A DNA stretch of 64,000 nt from Lama guanicoe. Lineage: Eukaryota. Made by a program: the position numbers and the translations under genes. The stretch lies in the NCBI GenBank assembly GCA_013239625.1, contig MU054001.1:5505078-5569077 (forward strand), written 5' to 3'. The notes under the pieces are model-generated. The model was not told where the DNA came from. It ran no database searches and was given only the letters and a program-made list of their open reading frames with translations. Positions 27,570-39,025 of this stretch are shown here, in pieces (position 1 is the stretch's first letter; each line of letters begins with the position of its first letter).

Positions 27570-28092
27570 ATCTATCAAGCCATGGAAGACATAGAAGAAA
27601 CTTAAAAGACATATTACTAAATGAAAGAAGCCAGTCTGAAAAAGCTACAAACTGTACCCTTCCAACCAAATGACATTCTGGAAAAGGCACAGCTACAGAA
27701 ACAATAAAAAGATCATGGTTTCCAGGGGTTTTGGGGAGAGGGATGGAGGGAGGAATGAGTAGATGCAGCACAGGGGATTTCTAGGGCAATAAAATTATTC
27801 TGTATGATACTATAGTGGTGGCTACATGTCATTATGCACTTGTCAAAACCCATAGAATGTACACCATCAAGAGTGAACCCTGATGCAAACTATGGACTTT
27901 GGTTGGTAATAATGTGCCCATGTTGGTTCATCGATTGTACCAAATATGCCACACTGATGAGGGATGTGGAGGGTAGGGGAGTAGATATGTGTGGGTGTGG
28001 AGGGCAATGTACAAACTCTGTATTTTCTACTCAATCCTGTTGTGAACCTGAAACTGCTCTAAAAGAATAAAGTCTATTAAAATTTTTTTAAA
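27570..28092 (+). mobile_element. L1MB-type 3' end
   Basis: ctatcaagccatgg...gtcaaaacccatagaatgtacaccatcaagagtgaaccct...aataaagtctatt. Confidence 0.8.
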
Positions 28093-31000
28093 AATAACAA
28101 GATGCAGATTAGTATGGATAGTTTGTTACTCTGCAAAAGGGAGTAGGGAGAATATTTGTATTTTCTTGTGTATAATTTTAAAAAGGGAAAGTTCCATGTA
28201 AAACTAATAGTAATGGTTACCTATGGTGAGAGGTCACCAGGCAGACAGAGAACAAAGGCAAAAGAGAATTCTTTTACTGAATGCCTTTTTTTTAAATTGT
28301 GGTTTAAAAAAAAAAAAACACACACACACAACATAAAATTCACCAACTTTACATTTTCAAGTGCAGTGGTCAGGAGTGTTAAGTGTATTGACATTGCTGT
28401 GCAGTGGTACTGAATATGTTTTAGCACTTCTCTTTAAATTTTTGAACCACATACCTGTATTGCCTATTTTTAAAATGAACTTTAAAATCAATACACCCAA
28501 ATGATAGGAATAAAGGGAACTATGGTGATGGAAAGAGGTAGGAAAAAAGAACACATGCTTTGAAATCAGGATGAACCGAATTCCAATCCTGTCCGTGTCA
28601 TTTACTGGTCTGAGGCAAGTCAAGTAATCCTCTAAGCCTCAGTCTCTTTAAAATGTACAGAAAAATGGTGTCCCCCTCAAAGGGCAGTGGTGAGCATTAA
28701 ACGAGAATTCTCATAAAGCCACAGGCGTAGTACGTAGCCGGAAGTAAGCTCCCAGTCCACAATCACACATATTTTTTCACTGCACCCAGAAGCCTGGACA
28801 AAGGACTGCCTTTCAGGCCAGAGCAGTGGTGTGCAACCTTTGGAGTGTGAGAATCACAGGGGGATGTCCTCAGGGCCCCATTCCAAACACAATGCCCCAG
28901 AATCTACTGGTGGGACCACAGCACTTTATTCTAACCTCCCCCTCCTCCTTAACGCAGACAGACCAGAGCAAGAGAACACCTAAGGTGGAGAGTCTGTGCT
29001 CCCGCGTGGCACCGCCTCCAGCTGCAAAACTGAACAGGACTTTGCGCTCTTTGCTCAAGGCTCCACTAGGTGGAGGAGTTGGGGCGTGGGGGTGGGGACC
29101 AGAGACTGGGCTGCCGCTGTCGCTGCCCACTTTCCTTCGGTTCCCTCTGATTCCCAGTCCATCCGTGGGAGGTTTTTCTCCCAATCACACAGATCCATTT
29201 ACTTTGCATCCCCTTTAGGCCTTGCCACCTGCCCCAACAGATCTGTCTCTACATTTCCCCGGGATTTCCCTCCCTTCCAGATGAAGGGAGCTCGAAATCG
29301 GAGGCTGCACTGGCGCCATGGGGACAGCAGGTGGCGCCCTGGGCTTTGGTGAACGAGACAAGGAGGCCTTGAGTCACTGACTTTCCTAGAGAGAGAGCAG
29401 AGGAGTCCGGTGCTAGGAGGGGGTCGATGAATATTTGATAAGGGAGCAAGTGTTCACGTGCAACGTGAAATCGTTTTCCATCTCTCTCGGTCTCCCAGTT
29501 TAAGCTCTAGAACTAGCAGGAGGCTGAAAGAATGAGTCAGCTGGAAGGGCCGGAACCTCCTCATTGCAGAAAAGGGGAACTTGGCCCAGAGCAGGGAAGC
29601 TCACACAGGAAGGGAAGAGCCATGACTTCCGACCCGCCGGTTCTTGGGCCAGCCTAGAGCCAGCCCTTAGACCCACAGACGTGGCTCCTCCAAAAGATTT
29701 GCCGGTATTAGCATACTCCTCCATTCAAGACGGTGTAATGGGTTCTGAGTGGAGAGGAGTATTTCCCACACTTGGGTCCTTTATGCCCCCTTCCTGATTC
29801 TGGCCATATCTACACACCACCCGAGTAATTATTCAGTTAACATTTTTCTTAACTCACTTTTTAAAGTTAAATGTAATCATAAAGGAAACTTTTTTTTTTG
29901 TACAATAACTGGAAGCTCGCTATTTCTTGCCAAAACAGGGCTGTAAAAATAAATACATAACAATTACAAGTCCTTAAAAGTTGGGCTGTTTCCCAGTGAA
30001 AATTCTTTGCCATACCATCCGTGGTGTGCTTACTACAATTTAGGAAAAGCTAGGATTCCAGCACAAGCTCTCCCAGGAATTCTGACTGGGACCAGAGGAG
30101 GAGATGGAAGAGAAGGGAGGGGAGTGGCAGAGGGGCAACTACGTTTTTCACCCCGTCTTAGAACAAAGGGAACCTTGTCTGATATTCCTTGTTCCTTCTG
30201 CAGGATGCACATACTTCGGGAAACTGCAAGTTATTTTTGACTCTGGAAAGCTGCAGGAAAAGGGTGGAGACCCGGTTTCTGTGAGCCTGCCCCACCCTGG
30301 AGCTCTTATGTAAAACAAGATAGCATCTCAGGGTGAAGAGGTCCTTAGACATCACCCTGCCAGAGAGTTGGAGGGGAACCAAGGCATGCCCCCACCCTCC
30401 TGCTTCTGCGGAGAAGCCTTTAATATTGCATACCTGCTAGGCCAGTTCTGCCTCTATCCCTTTCTCTCGGTGAAGACTTCAGACAAGTTCCTTAACCTCC
30501 CTAAGTCTCAGTTTCCTCATCAGTAAAACAAGCATCATGTTTACTTCACAGAGTTGACTGTGGGAGCTAAACAGGATCATTCGTGTAGTCAGCCAATCAG
30601 TAATTTGCCGCACACCTACTATTGTAAGTGCTGGGTGCATAGCCAGTTCCTCATGTAGGGTTACACATGCACGTAGGTGGAAAAGCAGCAATTAAAACAT
30701 ACACGTATGTTTGTATAGCGTATGTTCCATGCCACAGCAACCTCAGCCAAGTCCCTCCTCCTACGCGCTCTCTGCCTCTTCTGACCGCCCCTCAGCACTC
30801 CCTTGTGGTGGTGACAGCATCCTACCTGTCATTACAAAGACATCACCTTCCTTGTCCTCCTCCAGGAAAGCAAGCAGAGCCCACCTTAGTCATCACTGCC
30901 CTCCCTCCCACCCTTGCCCGTGCCTTTCGGATGCCCTGAACATCATAGACACCCACGAAGTTTGTTGTCTGAAATTCCACTGCCCAAGTGGCTCAGCTCA

Positions 31001-32009
31001 GAGTTCTCATGAAGCAGATGACTTTTGTTTGGCCATTCTGTTCTGAAAGGGTCTGAAACCAGCCAGGTGTTGGACCCGATCTAGACCCGATCGCAGTGCA
31101 CACGACTGAACACCTGGAGTCCCCTCCCTGCACCCCAGCCCAGCTTGGCGGCCTCACCAATGCACATAAACCCTGCCGCCCCTTCACCTTGGCTCACCCA
31201 CACCTCCCACGACAGGAAGGCTGACCACCAGGCGCTGAAGCCCTAGCCTCTGTGATTCGGAGGCTGTATCTATCAAGGAAAATTGACCACCTTCTGATGA
31301 CTTCCCATCACATATAAAATAAAGTCTGACATCCCTCCCAGGTCCGCCAGGCCTGCGTGTTCTCCACTGCCCACCTTTCAACGGCAATCCCTTCTCCTCT
31401 CCTCACTGCCCACCCCCCAGCTCCAGGCACACAGGCCTCCGTGCTGCTCTGCAAACACGCTAACCCCCTCTCTGCCTAGAAGCTCTTCCCCAGGTGTCCC
31501 CACAGCTCCCCATCCAGGTCCCTGCTCAAATGTCAGAGAGGCCTTCCCTGTCCAGCCTGTGCAAAGTGGCACAAACACAGCTTCTCTTTTGCAGAATCTT
31601 TGTCACTGTTGGCACGCTCTTCTCCATCCTTCATATTTCCCTGTGGAGGGAGACCAGCCAGACCATCTCTCTCAGCCTCCCTACCCGTCCTCTGCGGGAG
31701 GATTGAGTTATCTGACTATGAGTTTGGGAAAAGAAACTGATCACGCTCAGCTCGGCCTCCTTTTCTTGGGGAGCCAGGCTTTGTGCAGAGAGCAAATTCC
31801 TGTTTCATGAAAGGAGCCTCCCCATCAGCCCAGGAGGGAAGGGGAAGAAGAGAAGGCCCAAGAGTGTCCAGCTGTACCAGTCACTGGACTCTGTCTAGTT
31901 CATGAGTAAAGAACTAACTAGCTGCATGCCCCATTCTACATTATCATTTATTACTTTAAATTTCTGTCTGGTTCCTATGTTGGCCTGCCAATTGGTTATG
32001 AATTTAGAT

Positions 32010-32510
32010 GTGTTTCTTATCTATTGCTGCATAACAAATCACCCAAGGCTTAGTAACTTAACTTAACGATTTACTGTTTCTCATGAGTCTGTGGGTTGAC
32101 CAGATAGTTCTTTGGCTTCCAAGTTGTCAGCTGGGACACTGGACCAGCTGGAAAGCACAAAATGGCCTCACTCACATGGCCGGTATTTGGTGCTGGCCAC
32201 AAGCTGGGAGCTCGTCTGGGGCTGTCAGCAGGGGGTGTGGGTGGTCTTGGTTCTCCTCCACATGGTTATTGGGCTTCCTCTTGGCGTGGCAACTAGGTTC
32301 CAAGTAGGACTGTCCCACAAGCAAGTGTTCCAAGAGGAAAGAAGTAGAAACTAACAGTCTTCTTAAAAGTTGGTCTCAGAAACTTGGGAATAGCACTCCT
32401 ACTGAATCCTACTGGGCGGTGCAGTCACAGAGCCCGCCCAGATTCTTGATGTAAAGAGCAGTCTGCACATACAGGAAGGGAAAGGCCACCTTTGAAGACT
32501 ACCTTCCACA
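32010..32510 (-). mobile_element. MLT1-type MaLR solo LTR
   Basis: tattgctgcataacaaatcaccc...ctcactcacatggc...gcagtcacagagcccgcccagatt. Confidence 0.7.
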
Positions 32511-33114
32511 GATGCGGCATAGAATACTGAGCCCTCGAAACCCCAACAGTTACTCCCTGACACATTTATTTATTGTCTCTTCCCTTCTAGGAAGTTCATG
32601 GGAGCAAATACTTTGCTTTGTTTAAGGCTATATTCCCAGGACTCAGAACAATGCCCGACACATAGTAGGTGCTCAGTAAATATTTGTTGAATGAATGAAT
32701 CAATCAACCAACCAATCAAACAGTCATTTAATTGCCCTCACCAGCCACAGGAAGTTGAGCAGGCCAACAAGGATTACGAAGAAGTGAGACTTAAGCTGGG
32801 CTTTAAAGCCAGGCAGACCTGGCAAGAATGTGTTCCACAGATAGGCTGATGAGAAGCAGTGATGGGCAACAGGTGTCCAGTTGCCCAGTCACTTGCCTGG
32901 TGGTCACACAACTGACCAGGTCCCTCTTAACCTGTGTTGTTTCACATCCAATATAGACAGGACAGCAAATCAGAGGGAACTCAGGGAGCTTTCATTATAC
33001 TTGATGCGTGTGTGTGGCCCACAGGGAGGATGCAGAAGGGATGAGGAGACAGACTCTGAATTCCAACCAGCTCAGATCCAGGGACTGGGTTTTCTCTGAA
33101 CCTGTTGTGTAGAC

Positions 33115-33345
33115 CAGCAGTTCTTCTGGTGTGGGTGGGGAGAGTTAATCCCCTGGCTTCCTCAGGGGATATTAGGTAATATCCAGAGATATTTTCATGG
33201 TTGTCACAATTGGGGTGGGAGGTGCTACTGGCATCTAGTGAGTAAGGCCAGCGATGCTGCCAAACATCTTATAACCCACAGGGCAGCCCCACAACAAAGA
33301 ATTATCTGCCCAAATGTCGATTGTGCCACTGCTGAGAAACCCTAC
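33115..33345 (-). mobile_element. MER20 hAT MITE
   Basis: ggttgtcacaattgggg...gctactggcatctagtgagtaaggccagcgatgctgccaaacatc...tgagaaaccct. Confidence 0.85.
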
Positions 33346-33680
33346 TGTCAAGAGTGATGGAAAATACTGTGAATTAGGAGCATCTGGGAGCTGGCAAGCA
33401 GGCAATCCTTGGAGTAGCATTTAGCCCAGAAACTGTGTTCCCACCTAAGATGACTGAGTTTTATAAATAACTCTCAATATTGCAACAGTTGTAGCAGTTT
33501 GAATTGTTAGAGGATTTTCAATAGCATAGATGACAAAAATGTAAAGGAATTGTAAAGGGAGAAAAATACATGACGGGAAGCAGCAGAAGTGCCAAGGTTT
33601 TCCTGCAGCTAAGGGTAAACCAGCCCCCTGTACTTTAATGTCAAGATGCTACCACCAAAATCCCTATCAAATTTCCCCTC

Positions 33681-34295
33681 CCACTCCTGGGCATATATCC
33701 AGAAGGAACTCTAGTTTGAAAAGATACATGCACCCCAATGTTCACAGCAGCACCATTTACAACAGCCAAGACATGGAAGCAACCTAAATGTCCATCGACA
33801 AATGACTGGATAAAGAAGTTGTGGTATATGTATACAATGTAATACTACTCAGCAATAAAAAAAAGAATAAAATAATGCCATTTGCAGCAACATTGATGGA
33901 TCTGGAGATTTTCATACCAAGTGAAATAAGCCAGAAAGAGAAAAAATACCATATGATGTCACTTACATGTGGAATCTTAAAGGGGGGGGCACAAATGAGC
34001 TTATTTACAAAACAGAGACAGACTCACAGACAGAGAAAAACAAACTTACGGCTACCAGTGGGGAAAGGGGAGGTGAGGAGGGATAAATTGGGAGTTTGGG
34101 ATTTGTAGACATTAAGTACTGTATATAAAATAGATAAACAACAAGGTCCTACTGTATAGCACAGGGAATTATATTCGGTATCTTGTAATACCTATAATAG
34201 AAAAGAATACATATATATGTATTAGTGAATTGCTATGCTGTCCACCAGAAATTAACACAACATTGTAAATCAACTATACTTCAATTAAAAAAAAC
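33681..34295 (+). mobile_element. 5'-truncated young L1 3' end inserted into an L2
   Basis: L1 ORF2 end, 3'UTR and A-tail, flanked by TSD atttcccctc (33671-33680 and 34296-34305). Confidence 0.9.
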
Positions 34296-35718
34296 ATTTC
34301 CCCTCTCTGTCTCCACTCCTACGTCCCTGGTCCGAAGCTCCATCATCTCTCTCCTGGAACAATAACCTTAAGTGCTCTTCCCAGGTCTGCTCCAGTCCCT
34401 GCCATGCTTCCTCCCCCAGGAAAGGGAGAGAGACCTTGGAGCATAAAATAAATAGTGCATGCGCTGCTTAAAAACCTGGGAAGGCTTCCCATTGCACTTA
34501 AGATGAAACACAAAATCTGTAACTGGCCCACCAGGTTCTGAAGGCTCCAACCCCACACTCCCTGCAGGTGCTTCTCTGCCTTGGCACACACTCCAGCCAT
34601 TGAAGGGCTTATACTGGCCTGCTCTCTATTCCTGGTGTAGTTCTAGCTCAGTCCAGTCCCAGGTCGCTGGCCCCCAGGGGCTGAAGTTCTGATGACATCT
34701 GGAGATGGGCAGGTACCAACCATATCACACCAGTGCATGTAAAACTGGCCCTAGTGCTATGAGCGAGGGGGCCACAGAGCCCCCACAAGCCGGGAACAAG
34801 GGAATTGACTCACAGAGGGGGCCAGTGAATAAATTTTTGAACAAGTCACTCCTGAACTGAGATCGAATGCATGGGCAGGAGATAACAAAGTAAAAAGAAA
34901 GCTGGAGGAAGAAACAGCTCGTGAAATAACCTCAGGCAGAGCAAGCTGGGCCCGGTGGAGGGAGGAGTAGAGGTGGGGTAAACAGTGCTGCAAACCAAGG
35001 AAGAGTTTGAATTTTATTCTCAGCATAAGGGGGAGCTCTTGGAGGGTCTTAAGCAAGATATTAACAGGTAAAATTTCTAGTTTGAGACGATTACTCTGGC
35101 CACAGCATCGACACTTGTAAATAATTTCTCCTAACCTTATAGCAGTTGTAACTTCTGAAATTTAGAGAGACACCATGAAGAATGCGGGGGAGACCCCGCA
35201 GTTCTCGATGGGAGAGATGATGGTGACTTGGAGAGATGATGGTGACTTGGACTAGAGACAAAGGACAGTTTGCAAATGTATTACACTCTGTGTGTGGCTG
35301 AAGCACAGTTGGATTCCTGTTTCTTACTCCAAAGCCCTGGGTGTTATTACACCAAAAACAAAGAACCCAGGAAGATACGCCAACTTGGGTCTGTTTATCA
35401 CATTGATTGGGTGTGTCAAGCAATATTACGTGTGCCAGTCTGTCTGGTTTTGACAGCATCCCAAGGCAAGGAGGGCCTAAGCACTAGGGGGTTGGCCACA
35501 AGAACAGAATGATCTCTCGCTTGCCTGTGGACAAGGGCAGGAAAGGGGACCAGTTGCACATACAGCACACAGGAGCACTCAGCACAGGGTCAGACTGCTG
35601 GGATTCGAATGTCTATTCCTACCACCTCACTTACCAGCTCTGTGGAACATTCTAGAACTTCTCCATGCTTCTCTTTCTTCATCTTTAAAATAGGAATGAT
35701 AAACATAGCAACCACTGC

Positions 35719-36390
35719 TGAAGTTTTAGGAAGCCAATAAACACTTTTTATGCCCCTCCTGCGTTCAGAACTGAGAAATAAAAGCAGGTGTCAGACAGGT
35801 AGAGATCGAAGTCTCATCTTTATTACTGACGAAGCTGCCTGGAGGATGTGGCTGAGGCAAAAATACTTCACGCAGTCACTGACACAGTGGGCGACCGCAG
35901 ACAGCAGATAATAACACACCCACTCTGGGGGAAGGGTGCCCCAACCTAGCACTGATCCTTCTCGGAAAGTCAGCCGGTCAGCCGTCTTCGGTGGAGTTAG
36001 AGAGAAGTCCTCCTCCTGCCCTGGGGGAGAGTGGGTAAGAGGAAGCCGGTAGCTGCATGTTTTCCTCCAGGGTCAGCCCTGCTGGAGAAAAGAGTGGGAA
36101 TCCATCCCCCACCCACGACCATGAAAATACAAGAAGGGGAAATAAGTCATCCCACAACACTCTCTCATAGGGTAGCTATGGAGATTAGGGGGAAAAATAG
36201 GTAAAGTGTCTGGAATATAGACACCATGAAGGCCTCATCCCTGGTGTCAATCGTCCTGGGTGGTGAGGCCAGCCAGGTAGGCAAGGCTAGCCAACGGAAG
36301 GAGATGTGGTTCAGAAACTGCAGGAAGCAAGGGAGTTTCTTAAAAGGGGATTTCTCCCCCTCACCCCCCCCCCGCACCTTGTTCCCTACA
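35719..36390 (-). mobile_element. Candidate ERV solo LTR (~670 bp) about 1.7 kb upstream of the promoter
   Basis: TG...CA ends with a near-matching 4-bp flank (ctgc/ctga). The minus strand has AATAAA (35819-35824) and a TATA-like element (about 36215) in U3-R-U5 order. It retains CpGs and abuts a MIR. Family not recognised. Confidence 0.55.
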
Positions 36391-38456
36391 CTGAGGAAAC
36401 CTCAAGAGTTCCCTAAAGGGAAACGCTGACCAGATATGAACCAACAAGTCTTCTAAACAGGGCAAAAAAACCCAAAGCTCTATCTGTGGTGATATACCAA
36501 CCCAGTGACTTATGAACACAGTGTAATAGCCCAACTTTCCTTTATGGTTGTGTGTATGTACTATTTGTGTTGTTTTAGGGTGGCGTTTTTTTGGGGGGGG
36601 TGGGTAGGGGAAAGAGCTGTTGTGTGTTTTTCAAGGTAGCTTCTCCTCACCCCTAACAAGCGGTTAACAATCACTACCAGGGAAGTGACTGGGAGCAAAC
36701 AGGAACTGCCCTGGGGAAAGCCCTGTCCAATCACTTAACAATAGCTCCATTTAAGGTGAGTGCACCCAGAAGACAGGAAATAACATGCTGTGTTGACTCC
36801 AGCTCTGGGTGCAATCTATCTGCAAGGCCACAATCACCACCTGAACTGCCTCAGCCAATCTCAGGTCATTCACCTGAGGGAGGAAGGCTGCAGGCTGGGT
36901 GGACACCAAGGGAAAAGCCCAGGGGAGCAGGAAGTTGTCTGTCTGTGAGCCAAGTGGTTCTCGTCCCTGTGCTGACTCATCCGTCGGTGGGGCACCAGGA
37001 GACCACACCTGCCTGAATTTCTGAGACATATGGAAAACCCCAGCAGCCCGGATCCTTGAGAGTTTTACCTTGGGTAATCCCTCCTACCAAGACCATTCCC
37101 CCTTGGCCTTTCCAACTGCAACATCTTTAGATCCCCTTCTTTCTCCTCAAGCGGGAATCTACACAATTGGAGGGGGCTCCCAGGCCCACAAGTTCAGTAT
37201 GGTTGCATAATTCACACAAAGCTTTTCCATGAAAATGGAGCTTTAAATATACTGCAAATTTAACAATAACAATAACTAATATTTAGTGATCATTTACCCT
37301 GTCCAGGTACTATATTAATTTTCACAATAGGAAGTACTATTGTTACCCATATTCACAAAGGAGGAATTACGACTTAGACAAGTTAAGTAATATTCCCATG
37401 ATGCCTAACCATCTACTACATCCACAACATTTAGCCCCGAGAAAGGAAACCAACATTTCATCATCCACAATCTATTTTCATGGACTCAGAAAACGTAGAT
37501 CTGTAAAAACTCTGGAGATAACTGAGGGCAACCCTTGAATTTCCCAGATGGGAAAACAGACCTGGAGAGGGCTTGGGTGTACTTGCCCAAGTCCCCCACT
37601 AAAATCACGGAGGACCCCTAATTCCCCACTTCTTGTACCTCTCCCATAACACATTCCCCCTCCTTCCCTCCCAGAAGAAAGCACTCTCCTGAATTTTCCT
37701 TAATCATTTCTTTGCTTTTCAATTCTCCATACTCATTATTCCCATTTTCTTCTCTTCCTGTTACCATTTTTACTGAAAAAACAAGGAAAGGGAAATAAAA
37801 GAGGGAAGGCAAAGGAAAGGAAGGGAGAGTGAGGGAGGGAGGAAGAGAGTCACCTGTCTATCAGTAAATAGGAAATTGGATAACTCAATTTGCTAGAGCC
37901 CTAGGTTTGGCTTAGAGATGTCTGAAGGCACGACAAATCCCTTGTGTGACATTAGGTCAGTCCCATCTCCTAGCTCGGAGCCTCAATTGCCCCATATGTA
38001 AAACCAGAAATTCATCATCTACCAGGTCACCCAAAGCGTTGTGCCCTCACCAAACAAGAACGCCCAGGCCCCTCTCCCGAGCCGTACTTTTGCCCTCAAC
38101 GAACATGGCGACTGCGCGTGACGTCGACTTCCGTCGCCTCCGCCCTACTCCCTCCCCAGGGAGCGGCGAGCTTCAATGACGGCGGCGGGCGGGGCGCATG
38201 CGCGGCGGCGGGGCCCGACCCGCGGCGGCGGTGGCGGCTGCTGAGGGGCCGAGGGGTTCTCCGTCCGCAGTTTCTTAGCTGCGGCGGTCGCGGCGGGATG
38301 TTGTAGCCGGGCCTCCGGTCAGGCGGCGGAGCGCGGGCCGGGGCGAGGCGGCCGGGAGGGCCGACGCCGCCCGACCGGCTCGGGTGCCGGAGCAGCACGC
38401 TGAGGGGGCGTCGCCGCCGCCGGCCCCCGGCGCCGCCGCGGGAGGCCGCGCCCGCC

Positions 38457-38654
38457 ATGGCGGCCCGGGCGGTGCTTGACGAGTTCACGGCGCCCGCCGA
38501 GAAGGCGGCGCTGCTGGAGCGGAGCCGCGGCCGCATCGAGGGCCTGTTCGGCGTGAGTCTGGCGGTGCTTGGCGCGCTCGGGGCTGAGGAACCTCTGCCC
38601 GCGCGGATCTGGCTGCAGCTCCGCGGGGCGCAGGAGGCGGTGCACAGCGCCAAG
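38457..38654 (+). CDS. N4BP1: N4BP1 coding exon 1 (66 codons, MAARAVLDEF...AVHSAK; first KH-like domain region)
   Basis: ATG at 38457 in strong Kozak context (cccgccATGG). The translation matches the known N4BP1 N-terminus (MAARAVLDEFTAPAEKA..LE.SRGRIEGLFGVSLAVLGALGAEEPLPARIWLQL.GAQEAVHSAK). It ends at a canonical donor AAG|gtgagt (38654/38655), phase 0. Confidence 0.97.
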
Positions 38655-38799
38655 GTGAGTCCGACCGCCGCCCCCGCGCGATCGCCTTTCCCGGCCGGGG
38701 CCCCGCGCGCGCGGCCTTGCGTCCGTCGGGGTCCCTGGGCGCCCCCACCCTCTTCCTCCCTGCTCTCCGTGCGCGGCCGCAGCGAGCGCTGTGGTAAGA

Positions 38800-39025
38800 A
38801 CGCAGTCTCCGGAGCCCGTGGACCTGCGTTCTCAGCTCTCGAGCGTTGTGACCTTGGGCTAGCTGTTTCATCCCGGGCGCCTCAGTTTCCCCATTTGTGA
38901 AGTGGCGCTGATCAAAGCCCCTGCCTCGGAGGGCTGTTGCGGGGATTCGCGCAGGTTGTGTGTGTAAAGTGCGCGGCACCGAGGCTGGCACCGAGTGAAG
39001 GCGCCGAGAGTGCTGCCTGTTGTTA
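38800..39025 (+). mobile_element. MIR SINE embedded in the CpG island
   Basis: tgtgaccttgggc...gcctcagtttccccatttgt...tgtaaagtgcgcggcaccgaggctggcacc aligns by eye to the MIR consensus. Confidence 0.75.

Noticed and set aside
38655..38900. Extension of the 147-aa ORF 38457-38900 beyond HSAK
   Set aside because: This is read-through into intron 1 past a canonical GT donor. The N4BP1 match continues in exon 2 instead.
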